A stretch of 64,000 bases of DNA from Zygnema circumcarinatum SAG 698-1b (taxonomy: Eukaryota > Plantae > Zygnematophyceae), in the NCBI GenBank assembly GCA_037447605.1, contig CM074806.1, forward strand, positions 1,178,001-1,242,000, written 5' to 3'. The notes beneath the pieces are model-generated. The model was given only the letters and a program-made list of their open reading frames with translations. It was not told where the DNA came from and ran no database searches. The translations under genes and the position numbers were made by a program. Below, one piece after another: positions 49,769-61,048 of the stretch (its first letter is position 1; the number at the start of each line of letters is the position of its first letter).

Positions 49769-51276
49769 ATGGCGAGCTCTGGAGGGGAACTGCATGTCAT
49801 GGTGGTAGAGGGCAGCATGGAGGCAGGCATCGGCAGCGGAGGTGACAAGTACGTCATTATCAGGCTCGGAGAGCAGAGCGTGTCGACGCGGGCTGTCCGA
49901 AGCGATCCGCTGCTGAAGTGGCAGCAGGGCTTCTGCCTGGCCCTAACGGCGGGGGTCACAACTCTCACTGTGAGCTCCGCAAATGCGCCTTGAATGCGGC
50001 TTGATGCTTTCCCTGGCACGAAAATCCACTGCTTTATTGCTATGGGATGAATGCTTCGTCGTTGCGAGAAGCTCCTTTGCAATTTTGGCTTCAGCGGTGT
50101 CTTTACAGGTTCCTCATGTCAGACCCTCCTCTAATCTGTGAATCAATATCTCGCCATCGGCCTTTACGACCTCCTTGCATTCTCAAACAATGCACTAGAG
50201 TCTTGGATTTACCTTCTCGTCTTGACGGTCCCCATCGCTCCGCATAATGTCGTTCTGATGACTGAAACAGGTTAGCATTGGTGGCACTGATAGTGGAATT
50301 CTTGGAGAAGCGCAATTTGATCTTCCAACTGCTCTTTGTGAGAAGGGTGGAACCAAGGCGGAGTGGTATGAACTCCGGAATCCCGCAGGCAGCCCGGTTG
50401 CTCGCTTGTGTCTGGTGCTACGCTTTGTCAAAACATCAGGTTTGCTCACAACACAGTGCTATTTCTGAAACTTCTCAACAGCAAGTTGCCCTAAGGGAAT
50501 TGAAGAGGGGGAATGTCCTTGGAGACTGGCAATCAATGAGGAGCCTCCAACATTGAATATACCTCTAAGGGGATTCTATTGGGCCATAATATGCAGCATC
50601 GGATGGCTCCCAACGACCAGTTCGTTCCGCTACTCTCAATGCACAGACGCGGACTCGGAGTGCTGCTTTGCCCGCAGCTTCTGCTCCTCTGCCTGGGCCT
50701 GCTGGTGCTCCTTCATTTGCCACTTCACCTGCTCCCTCTGCCGCCTCTGCGGCCCCTGCAGGAAGCGCTCGTCCAACTACCTCTTCTGCTGCCAAAGGAA
50801 AACCCTCCGCGTTGGCTCCCTCTCGACCTCCCATCTCCACTGCTGGCTCAACCAATCGTGCACTAGTTCCATCCAAGAGGCCTTCAGAAGGGAAAGGGCA
50901 GCCCGGTCCTCAGAAAGGCTCCGCAGGACAGCGTGTGCTGTTGCTTAGTGGTGGATTGCTCCTCGTAGCGCTTGCAAGCATGCTCCTCGGGGATCGACAG
51001 AGGAAGCCGCAAGTGTATGAGGTATGCAGTCCTTGCCTCTTTGCAGTTCTCTCCCGCACTTACCACTTCGATCTCGACAATCGCTCAACATTAAAAAAAA
51101 TAAACCACCCTATATCTCTGGTCCCTCCTTTCTTGCTGCAGGTAAAGAAGGGAGACACTGTGTGCTCTATTGCAGGCTGTTATGGCCTCAGCCCGGATGA
51201 CGTGGTGGATGCCAATTTGGCTATAGCTGATGACCCTGACCGTATCTTCCCTGGTGACCGACTCTTCATTCCATAG
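49769..51276 (+). CDS. C2 domain - P/A/S linker - TM helix - LysM protein; exons 49769-49969, 50271-50439, 50678-51021, 51142-51276
   Basis: C2: GELHVMVVEG..DKYVIIRLG..KWQQGF..LGEAQFDL..WYEL. TM: VLLLSGGLLLVALASMLLG. LysM: YEVKKGDTVCSIA..DPDRIFPGDRLFIP. Splice phases are compatible. Confidence 0.78.
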
Positions 51277-52462
51277 CTATCGCCACTCAAAAGACTTTGC
51301 GCCACACTCTCTATCCCATTCCCTGCCCTCCTCTCCCAACAAAAGGTGATAGAATCCTCTGCTCCAGGTCGATGTGGAATGGCTGGTTGCCATAACCGCT
51401 CTGGAAATTCCTACGCCCTGACAGACGTCAGGCCATAGTTGGCTGCGCCTTCATGTTGCTGTCCGGCAATTTTGAAGGACCTCACCAGCCTTAGCTTGCT
51501 TCTCCAAATCTAGCCTCTTGAACCGCTGGTTTTCAGGTTCCCGAGGCTGCCCTGAGCGCTAGAAAAGTATCACACTCTCCTTCGGAATGGGTGTTTTTTG
51601 GCGACGAAGCTAGTGAGAAGTGGCTAGCGAAATTTTTGTTCTTGAGAACTTCTTGTCAAGTATAGATCAGGCGTTGTTTGGTGCTTAAAGTGGCCAAACC
51701 TTGCTATGGCTACTTGTTTAACATGTACTTTAATTTTGATTTGTTTATGGGTGGAGCTATTTAGTTCCTGGCATTTTCCGTTCCTTCCCCTTCCGCTCGG
51801 TCCGCACGACCTTCACTTTTCTACGCTTGACTTCTTCGTTGTCCCCATGTCGTTTGCTTGCCTGTTTTACCCCCACGGATAAGCCCGAACGAAAATGAGC
51901 TACAGCCATGTCCTTGAAACGGAAGGAAGGACTACATCTAGATACAGTATGAGTTAGGTCCGTCGAAAGCTGCTGGTCACTTCAAAATGGTGTCAGTGGC
52001 AGTGGTGTTGATCGTGCTTCATGCAATACACGCGTTTATGGACTCAAAAGATTTAAAGTGACAAAGCTCTGTGCTTACTGAATGAGTTTCAACAGCATTG
52101 CCCCAGTAAGTTGCAACCTTAAATAGCGAGCTTCTTTGAAAATCATTGTCAAGTCCTTCGCCACATGCGGTATGCCCCTGCGACGTCTGCCGTCGTCAGC
52201 AACAGGGCCATGCGAATAAAGTCAAGTTTTCCGTGCCAAGCCTTCGCTCCCATGCCGAAGAAGACCCGCTCCGCCGCCATCCACCGCTCCGCCGCCATCC
52301 ACCGCTCCGCCGCCACATGCCATCCCATACCATGCCATACCATGCCATGCCATGGTGACGCCAGCGTGCGCACATCGCCAGGTCAACGCGATTCGTGCCA
52401 CGTAGGCAGGCTCGCGTGGCAAGGAAGTTCGACCACGTGGCGGCGGATATGAATATCACCAC

Positions 52463-52823
52463 TATAGATCCGTATGTATCAAACGCGTGTATTAATACAC
52501 TGTATAATACATGCGTATTATACACCATTTTAAAAATACAGTGTATTTTATATGTATTTAACGTATTTTCTTTTGATTTCTCGCTAATTGAACAGAGATT
52601 GATTATTGGCCAACCAACAACTCAACACGTGTGACGGGCCACACGTGTGACACGTGTGGCCGTATAGTTCCGTACACAGTTTTCGTACAGAAATTCCGTA
52701 CGACTCTATGTCTGGTTGTACGGGTGTTAACAGTTGCGTTCGGGTTTTATACAAAGTAAAATACTGTATTAATACTGTATTATACATTGTATTAAACCTC
52801 AAAGTGTATAATACGGATCTATA
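52463..52823. mobile_element. 361-bp non-autonomous DNA transposon (MITE), hAT-like by its 8-bp TSD
   Basis: Perfect 13-bp TIR TATAGATCCGTAT; TSD ATCACCAC at 52455-52462 and 52824-52831; empty site in the paralogous copy near 58637. Confidence 0.92.
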
Positions 52824-52924
52824 ATCACCACGCAGGCACGATACGCGCTGAATATCGCGCCGGAGTGCGGCGGGCGCTCGAAATTGGAGCCTGTTGTTGT
52901 TTGGCCGCGGAACTGGAAATGGAT

Positions 52925-53069
52925 GCCGCATGGCCGCATGGCCGCATGGCCTCATGGCCGCATGGCCTCATGGCCGCATGGCCGCATGGCCGCATGGCCG
53001 CATGGCCGCATGGCCGCATGGCCGCATGGCCGCATGGCCGCATGGCCGCATGGCCGCATGGCCGCATGG
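52925..53069. repeat. (GGCCGCAT)n minisatellite, ~18 units; second copy 58737-58835 ends in a gap
   Basis: Direct reading; two GGCCTCAT variants fall at the same positions in both copies. Confidence 0.95.
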
Positions 53070-53204
53070 GTGTGGCGACGGCGAGGCCATGGAAAGTGCA
53101 TGCATGCGGGCCATGGGGAACCACGAGTAACCGGGTCACAAAGGACTTGTCCAGAGTGCAATGCACGGACCGTACGGTACGGTGGTCCTGCCCTGTCCAG
53201 GCCA

Positions 53205-53560
53205 GCCAATGTTTAGAACCATTGGCTGGCTACCCACCCAACCATTGTCAATGACTGCAACCACTGGATCCAATGGTTGGTTGGATCGAGGATCAATGGG
53301 ACACAGATCGCAACCATTGCCAATGTTTAGAACCATTGGCTGGCTACCCACCCAGCCATTGTCAATCATTGGATCCAATGGTTGGTTGGATCGAGAATCA
53401 ATGATTTGCAAATCGCAACCATAGACAAATTTTTCAAGCATTGGCTAGCTACCCAGCAAACCATTGCCAATGTCTGCAACCATTGGATCCGACGGTTGGT
53501 TGAATCGGCAATCAACGGTTTGCAAATCGCAACCATTTGATCCAATGGTTGATCCAACCC
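53205..53560. repeat. ~114-bp degenerate tandem repeats with CAACCATTGG/CCAATGGTTG palindromes
   Basis: Units start at 53205 and 53319, with a degenerate third unit. Confidence 0.75.
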
Positions 53561-54054
53561 ACGGCCCGTCCAACGCATGGCCCGAAATATTTTCGGCTGC
53601 CATGTCCGTCCGCGCCGTCCGCGATTGGGCGAGCGTCGGCCGGGCAAGTGAAATTCTCTCCGGTCTCTCTCTCGCCGCGAGTACGACCAGGTACAGCCTC
53701 CCTAACTGCGTCACGCTACGTTACGCCACGTCACGTACCGCGCACCGTACGCAACCATTCCTCCACGGCGGTGGCGCCACCTGTCTATCCGTACAGTCCT
53801 ATCCACAGTTGAAGATGAGGTAGGCGCGCGGCCCGCCGAGTAACCGCGTCCACAAAGGACTGTACGGGTTGCAATACAGGACCGTACGGTACAGGGGTCC
53901 TGCCCTTTTCTAGGGCAGGCAGGGTTGCTTCCTGCTCACTTTCTTTTTTCCTGTGGAGTGAGCTGAGGCTTGGAGAGGGTGCGGAGAGGCGAGGCACTCC
54001 AGTGCAGTGTATCCCGCAGACTAGAGAAAGAGGCGTGCTACTTCTGAGGCGGCC

Positions 54055-57000
54055 ATGCAGGCGTTTCGTTCCTTCTTTTCTCCCCCGCGGCAATCGCTGC
54101 CGCAGGACACCCCAAGCCTTCATAGATTGGAGGAGGAGCAGGGCCGTGTATCAGCAAACAGTGGAGCGTTTACGGAAGTTATGGAATCTGCAGAGGTCCC
54201 AATCCTGCGGCGTGGGATCAAGGTTCTCAATGAAAGAGTGTCATTTCTCGAGGGAAAGGTAAGCAATTGCCGATAAATTACCCTTCGCGTGCATTGCTTG
54301 CTGTTCAGTTCTGTTCTTTTGACTTTTGGGTTGTCTTTTTCCTTATTGATGATCAACCAGGCTATTATGTACAAAAACGACATAGGCAGCAGTTTGAAAG
54401 TGCAAGACACCGTATCTCGGCAATACGAGCAGGCGAGGAGGTCGCTTGCCTGGGCTCAGGAGGAAATCCTGCGAGAGAAGCAGGCTCATGCGGCAGTAGC
54501 TTCAGCACTGCACGAAGAACTTTGCAAATGGCGCGATGCGTTCTACACAGAGCACGCCCGTGTGGCGAAGGTGAGAACTTCGATTCATTATCTGTACTCT
54601 GTGATTCTTACATTTCCTTTGACGTTTGCCTATTCATGGCAACTTTTGTAACCTGCTAATTGACCGTCTTTGCTTGCTTTGAGTCAGATGGAAAGAGAGG
54701 CAAAGGATGTTAAGGCTATGAATGAAGCAGCTGCTGATCAGTTACGGAAGGCAGAAGCCTCCAGGGAGGACGCGGACCAAAAGCTCAGAATAAGTATGGA
54801 GCTGAATAAATCTGCTGAAGATGCCAAGGCGTACACTTGCTCCGTACGGGGAGATATCAACGATCGGATCAATATGACGCAGAAGGAATTCGACAGGCGC
54901 CAGCTTGCGATCGAAAAGAAGTAAGTCCAAATGCACCTTTGTGTTTAATGCGTTTCTGAAATTTTCTGTAGAAACGACGTTTAGTGATATCGCATTTCAC
55001 TTTAATCTATGTTTCTCTAATGCTGTGGGATATGTGCTATGTGTGGGGCGTTCAGGAACCAAACTGCTGCGGAGGAGTTGGAGCAAAAAGCAGCGGAGAT
55101 GATGGATTGGCAGGAGAGGGTGAAGGAGCGCTGCGCAACTGTAACAAAGGTGAGCGGGATATCATCCTTCTTCTCAGGTTTTGCTTCAATTTTTGCGTTG
55201 GTGCCTCCATTAAGGCTGTTCCAAATTCCCTCAATTGATCATGTTTTATCGGTTTGATTGCCCAGCGGGAAAGTTCGGTTGTTGTGAGAGAAAATCGCTT
55301 GCGCACTCGGGGAGACTCTCTTGCAAACTTGGAGAAGCAACTGGGAGAGCAACAACTCGTTCTGGAGGAGGAGAAAGCTCGGTTCTTCTCGATGGAGAGG
55401 GAGTTTGAGGAGCGTGTCGCACGCTATAACGCCATGGTTGATGTAAGTGAGGAAGGCCTTTTTATTGATCTATTTTTTTGCATGGGTAATTCAGGGAAAG
55501 AGGGGAAAGTTGTTTTTGCGGAGCAATTCATGTTGCTTTTGTATTGTTATTGAAGTTCACCAACTTCAAATATTCATGAATTTGGTGCAGGCGGTGAATG
55601 CGAAGGAGAAGAACGCAGAAGGTTTGAGAAAGAGAACGGCCACTTTGGAAGCGGACAACCTTTTGAAAGAGAATGTGAGTATTCGAAGCGACATTACAGA
55701 AATTCGTCCCAGAAATTTCCGTTTTTGAAATTGGTTCTTTGGTATTGGTGTCAAATAGGAAACCTTTGCCTTCTGTGTAGATTTTGAAGCGGCAACTTTC
55801 AGAGTTGGGAGAGGCGGTGACGAAAAACTTGATGGAGAAGGAGCGGCTCGAGACTCTGTCTAAGAACCTCAAGAAAGAACAGCAGGAGGCGGAAGAGCAG
55901 CGACAAGCACTGGTGAGTTGAAGCTTACTGGGAGCGATCGCAGGGCCACTTACTTAGTGGCAGAAGACTGAAGAGGAATGATGAAGGAAAGAAATGTGAA
56001 TATAAGAGGAAGAAAACAGAATGAGGGGGAGGGCGAGCGCAGAAATGGGGCGGGAAAGTGGACAGCGTAAGGGCAAAGGGAGGGAAGTGGAGGAGGCTTG
56101 GTAGGGGAGAAAATGGCAGACAGTAGCAGAGAAAAGGATAAAGATGGAATGGGTTGTTTGAGGATTTTGCTGCTGATTTTGAAGATACTTTCAATGGTTA
56201 CTTCAATGTGTGTTGACAGTTTTTTTATTGTTTTGCTTGCAGGTAATGAGAGAAAAGAGGGTTTCTGAAACGGAGAAGTCGATTGTGAGGGAGATGATGG
56301 ATGTGGCGAACCGTGAGAATGCGCTCGAAGGAAACGCAGAACTTTTCCAGGTCGGGAATTAAAGGGCAGAAAGTAGTCATCCACTGAGTGGAGGGAAGGG
56401 GAATTGGGTATGGGAGCATGTTGTTTTCTCTCTGCTGTTTCGTCTGCTGCTTCCTTTGCTCCCTCTGTCTCGCTCTTTCTCGTCCCCTCTGTCTCTCTGC
56501 TGTGCTCTGCTCTCGTTTAACATGTTCAAGCGTTGGACTGGCAGGCGACCATGAACAACAAAGCGTCAGAATTGGAGCAGCTTCGTGTTTCGCTCGCCGA
56601 TCGAGAAGCAGCTTTGATGAGAGACGAAGCTGCTGGAAAGGACGTGCAGAAGCGGCTGAGTACCTTACAAGAAGATATGACGAGTCTGTCGCGTGAATAT
56701 GCGGAGAAAGAGTCAACGATGAGCAAGTAAGTGAAAAATAAATTTGATATTTGAATCTACCGTCGTTAGTGTCACGATTGATCAGCGCTTTATTGACATG
56801 CCTTGTTGGGGTTTGGGGTTGTCTTGCAGTTTAGAGATGGAAATCGCACGAATTGCGGCAACGGTTGCTGAGTTGCTCAAAGATAAGGAAGCCCTTGAGA
56901 ACGCAAAGGCGCAGGAAGAAGCACTGCTAGAAGCTGCGAAGTCAACACGCCACAACCTCGAAAAGGAGATGAGTGAGGCAAAAGCTGCAGCAGCTGCAAA

Positions 57001-57451
57001 ACTTGAAGACATTGCAAAGTTGAGAGAGGCGGAACTTGTAGAGTTGGAGAAGTTGAGGAAGGAGAGGCAAACTATGGCTGCCATTGATAAGGTAAGAGCG
57101 GATGTGAGAAGCATGTGGGAAAGGGAGTCGAAGACACCAAAAGTAGATGTGAGGCATGGAGAGAACGTAAAAGCATCGTCATCAATGAAAGAGGGTCAAG
57201 TGACTGCGAGTGGATTGACGACACCGGATCTGCAGAGCCTACGACATGGACTGGATAGGCAGTTGCAAGAGCTCCGGTCAACCCTACATTTGGGGAAAGA
57301 GGACATGCAGAGGGCTGAGGAATTGGCGGATACAGGTTTTGCGATCATTGAGAAGTCGTCAGAGGTTGGGAAGAAACGGGGAAGAGAGGATAAGGACGAC
57401 TACTCGCGAAAAATTGCCAGGGGGGTGGGGGGAAGAGTCGGGGATTGGTGA
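54055..57451 (+). CDS. Long coiled-coil protein (~680 aa, 10 exons), divergent NMCP/CRWN-like
   Basis: Exons 54055-54258, 54361-54570, 54688-54920, 55056-55149, 55266-55442, 55591-55674, 55781-55912, 56243-56350, 56545-56726 and 56830-57451 splice in frame with GT-AG. The rod start resembles NMCP. Confidence 0.7.
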
Positions 57452-58845
57452 AGTTATTGAAATGGCGGCGTGGAGCAGCGGTGCATGCTTCCGTAAGCTC
57501 CCTATGGTACGGCTTGGTTTTGTTGTAAGCCCCTTAAGGTTGGAGGACCTTGCTTTTTTCGTGGTGGATTCGACACAGCAATGGGCGTGGGTATGGGCAT
57601 CGCGACCGCGAGGCCATGGAAGGCGCGTGGCCGACATCTGCAGCAACACCAGCAACGTGGGCGGTGCTAGAAGGAACGAAGCATGAAGTCGAAGTTGGAG
57701 ATGTGTCTGGCAATGGATCGTTAATCTTGGACAAACCTGAATCTTGGATTGGCACTCTTTCGTGAAGTGCCCATCCAAGAACAGAGTTCTTTGTCGAGTT
57801 AGTCAAGTGCTCCCGTAGGACAGGTAGAGTTTCCTGATTATTTGAGATAGGTAAAGGTGGAGGGGGCCGTCTATGCGACCGTATGCTCAAGGGCAGGAAT
57901 GCGGATGTCATTCGCCTGTGAGCTGTTCAATAGAGTTTGTGCAATCAAAGTTGTGAATATGTTGTTATGTAAATACATTTGGTTCCTTCGGAACATCTGT
58001 CGTTTGTTCTTTGTTGTATTTTCAAGACTGGAAGGCCCTCTTTCATTGGATGGATAAATCGGCAAGGCAATGTACAATATGGCGTCTCAAACTTGCAAAA
58101 TGGCTTTCGGGTGGACTTGGTTGTCACGCTCCAATGAACCTGAACTGGTACTGGGGAAACGTTCAATGCTTGTCTTGTGGAACAACTCTAAGGCGCCCAA
58201 GGGGGGTACTGCATCAGTGTGTTTTACCATTTGAGTGAAGTGACAAAGCTCTGTGCTTACTGAATGAGTTTCAACAGCATTGCCCCAGTAAGTTGCAACC
58301 TTAAATAGCGAGCTTCTTTGAAAATCATTGTCAAGTCCTTCGCCACATGCGGTATGCCCCTGCGACGTCTGCCGTCGTCAGCAACAGGGCCATGCGAATA
58401 AAGTCAAGTTTTCCGTGCCAAGCCTTCGCTCCCATGCCGACGAAGACCCGCTCCGCCGCCATCCACCGCTCCGCCGCCATCCACCGCTCCGCCGCCACAT
58501 GCCATCCCATACCATGCCATACCATGCCATGCCATGGTGACGCCAGCGTGCGCACATCGCCAGGTCAACGCGATTCGTGCCACGTAGGCAGGCTCGCGTG
58601 GCAAGGAAGTTCGACCACGTGGCGGCGGATATGAATATCACCACGCAGGCACGATACGCGCTGAATATCGCGCCGGAGTGCGGCGGGCGCTCGAAATTGG
58701 AGCCTGTTGTTGTTTGGCCGCGGAACTGGAAATGGATGCCGCATGGCCGCATGGCCGCATGGCCTCATGGCCGCATGGCCTCATGGCCGCATGGCCGCAT
58801 GGCCGCATGGCCGCATGGCCGCATGGCCGCATGGCNNNNNNNNNN

Positions 58846-59190
58846 AGAAGCATGTGGGAAAGGGAGTCGAAGACACCAAAAGTAGATGTGAGGCATGGAG
58901 AGAACGTAAAAGCATCGTCATCAATGAAAGAGGGTCAAGTGACTGCGAGTGGATTGACGACACCGGATCTGCAGAGCCTACGACATGGACTGGATAGGCA
59001 GTTGCAAGAGCTCCGGTCAACCCTACATTTGGGGAAAGAGGACATGCAGAGGGCTGAGGAATTGGCGGATACAGGTTTTGCGATCATTGAGAAGTCGTCA
59101 GAGGTTGGGAAGAAACGGGGAAGAGAGGATAAGGACGACTACTCGCGAAAAATTGCCAGGGGGGTGGGGGGAAGAGTCGGGGATTGGTGA
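58846..59190 (+). CDS. 3' end of the second copy of the coiled-coil gene (remainder in the gap)
   Basis: Matches 57107-57451. Confidence 0.6.
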   Translation, partial: RSMWERESKTPKVDVRHGENVKASSSMKEGQVTASGLTTPDLQSLRHGLDRQLQELRSTLHLGKEDMQRAEELADTGFAIIEKSSEVGKKRGREDKDDYSRKIARGVGGRVGDW

Positions 59191-61048
59191 AGTTATTGAA
59201 ATGGCGGCGTGGAGCAGCGGTGCATGCTTCCGTAAGCTCCCTATGGTACGGCTTGGTTTTGTTGTAAGCCCCTTAAGGTTGGAGGACCTTGCTTTTTTCG
59301 TGGTGGATTCGACACAGCAATGGGCGTGGGTATGGGCATCGCGACCGCGAGGCCATGGAAGGCGCGTGGCCGACATCTGCAGCAACACCAGCAACGTGGG
59401 CGGTGCTAGAAGGAACGAAGCATGAAGTCGAAGTTGGAGATGTGTCTGGCAATGGATCGTTAATCTTGGACAAACCTGAATCTTGGATTGGCACTCTTTC
59501 GTGAAGTGCCCATCCAAGAACAGAGTTCTTTGTCGAGTTAGTCAAGTGCTCCCGTAGGACAGGTAGAGTTTCCTGATTATTTGAGATAGGTAAAGGTGGA
59601 GGGGGGCGTCTATGCGACCGTATGCTCAAGGGCAGGAATGCGGATGTCATTCGCCTGTGAGCTGTTCAATAGAGTTTGTGCAATCAAAGTTGTGAATATG
59701 TTGTTATGTAAATACATTTGGTTCCTTTGGAACATCTGTCGTTTGTTCTTTGTTGTATTTTCAAGACTGGAAGGCCCTCTTTCATTGGATGGATAAATCG
59801 GCAAGGCAATGTACACTATGGCGTCTCAAACTTGCAAAATGGCTTTCGGGTGGACTTGGTTGTCACGCTCCAATGAACCTGAACTGGTACTGGGGAAACG
59901 TTCAATGCTTGTTTTGGGGAACAACTCTAAGGCGCCCAAGGGCGATACTGCATCAGTGTGCTTTACCACTTTTCGCAAGCTAGGAGCTCATCTCCATTCG
60001 GGAGGAAGTGGAGCTGCGGTAACGAGCAGCAGGTCACGGGAATAGAGCTCTGTGCATGTTCGCATTTGAGAATGATGCGGCATTGAACTCTCCCTGCGGT
60101 GCCATCAAGTGACAAAATCATCGTTAGGAATCACGAGAAACTGGTCCCAAAGGACCTAAGGACAAAAGACAAATTTGAGTGGCAAATTGCCTCGTGGCAA
60201 TGCATCGTGGATTTGGCAGTTGCCTGTCTGTGTGTACCCTCTGCTGTGTTTCTGTCTCTAATTGTCATCCTCGAGCTGCATTGCTGGAGGACATGGCCCT
60301 GCGCCATCTCCCGAACGCAAGGCCAATGGGCCCCCGGGGGGGGCTCACTGCACCTTAAGGAATGCGACCGAAGCGAGCAGCCGTCGAGGGCGAGGGCGCC
60401 GCTAAGGTGGGTTTGGCGTCAAAGCGCGCCGCGGTACCTTTATGAGTTTTTAGCAACGTGCGGAAATAGGGCGAGGGACTGCCTCGTCCACTGCAATTTG
60501 CCACTTCGAAAGTCGAGTACAGCCGGTTCTCCAGCCCATTCATTTCCCACGAGCCATAACAAGCCATTGTCTTTTACCTTTGAGACCCAGCTTCAGTTTT
60601 TTAGGCTGTAGAAAAGGGAAGAGCCTTGTTGGAAGCCCAGATACAGCAAGGCATCCCCTAGTAGCTGCTTCTCCACTATTTCCCACGAGGACATCTTCAC
60701 ACTCACTACAACAAAGGGTTTACGCCAGATGTGCTCATTAGCATTTTCCGCAACAGCTCATCCGCCTCTTACTCATTACAATGAAAACTTGTACACGTCA
60801 CTTTTCCATTCACACCAGAGCCATACTTGTCCAGTGTGTGCCCCTTGCGCCTACCGGTAAGGGCACACATACGGCGCCCTTCTAATGAGCATGTACAATA
60901 CATCAGCTTCCGTCAACAGCTGCTAACAACCATAAACTCAGTTCCACCCTATGCAGAGGACGATAAAAGAAAGGAAGGAAATACAGGTTCACTGAACAGT
61001 GTCCACTTCGTTTTTGTTCCACCGAGACAACTGGACATCTCCATCCCT

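Larger units (their letters stand above)
52056..59968 (+). repeat. Tandem duplication of a ~6.2 kb unit (copy 1 52056-58237; copy 2 from 58238, collapsed at gap 58836-58845)
   Basis: 58238-58835 matches 52056 onward, and 58846-59968 matches 57107-58229, with a few SNPs and a MITE presence/absence difference. Confidence 0.8.

Noticed and set aside
52865-53254. Repeat-protein ORFs (AAWPHGRM / MRPCGHAA)n
   Set aside because: These are translations of the 8-bp minisatellite, which is open in several frames.
53205-53560. CRISPR-like array
   Set aside because: No unique spacers, degenerate units, eukaryotic context and no cas genes.
57452-60611. Second gene downstream of the coiled-coil gene
   Set aside because: Some splice-like signals and short ORFs are present, but there is no consistent frame or recognisable domain.
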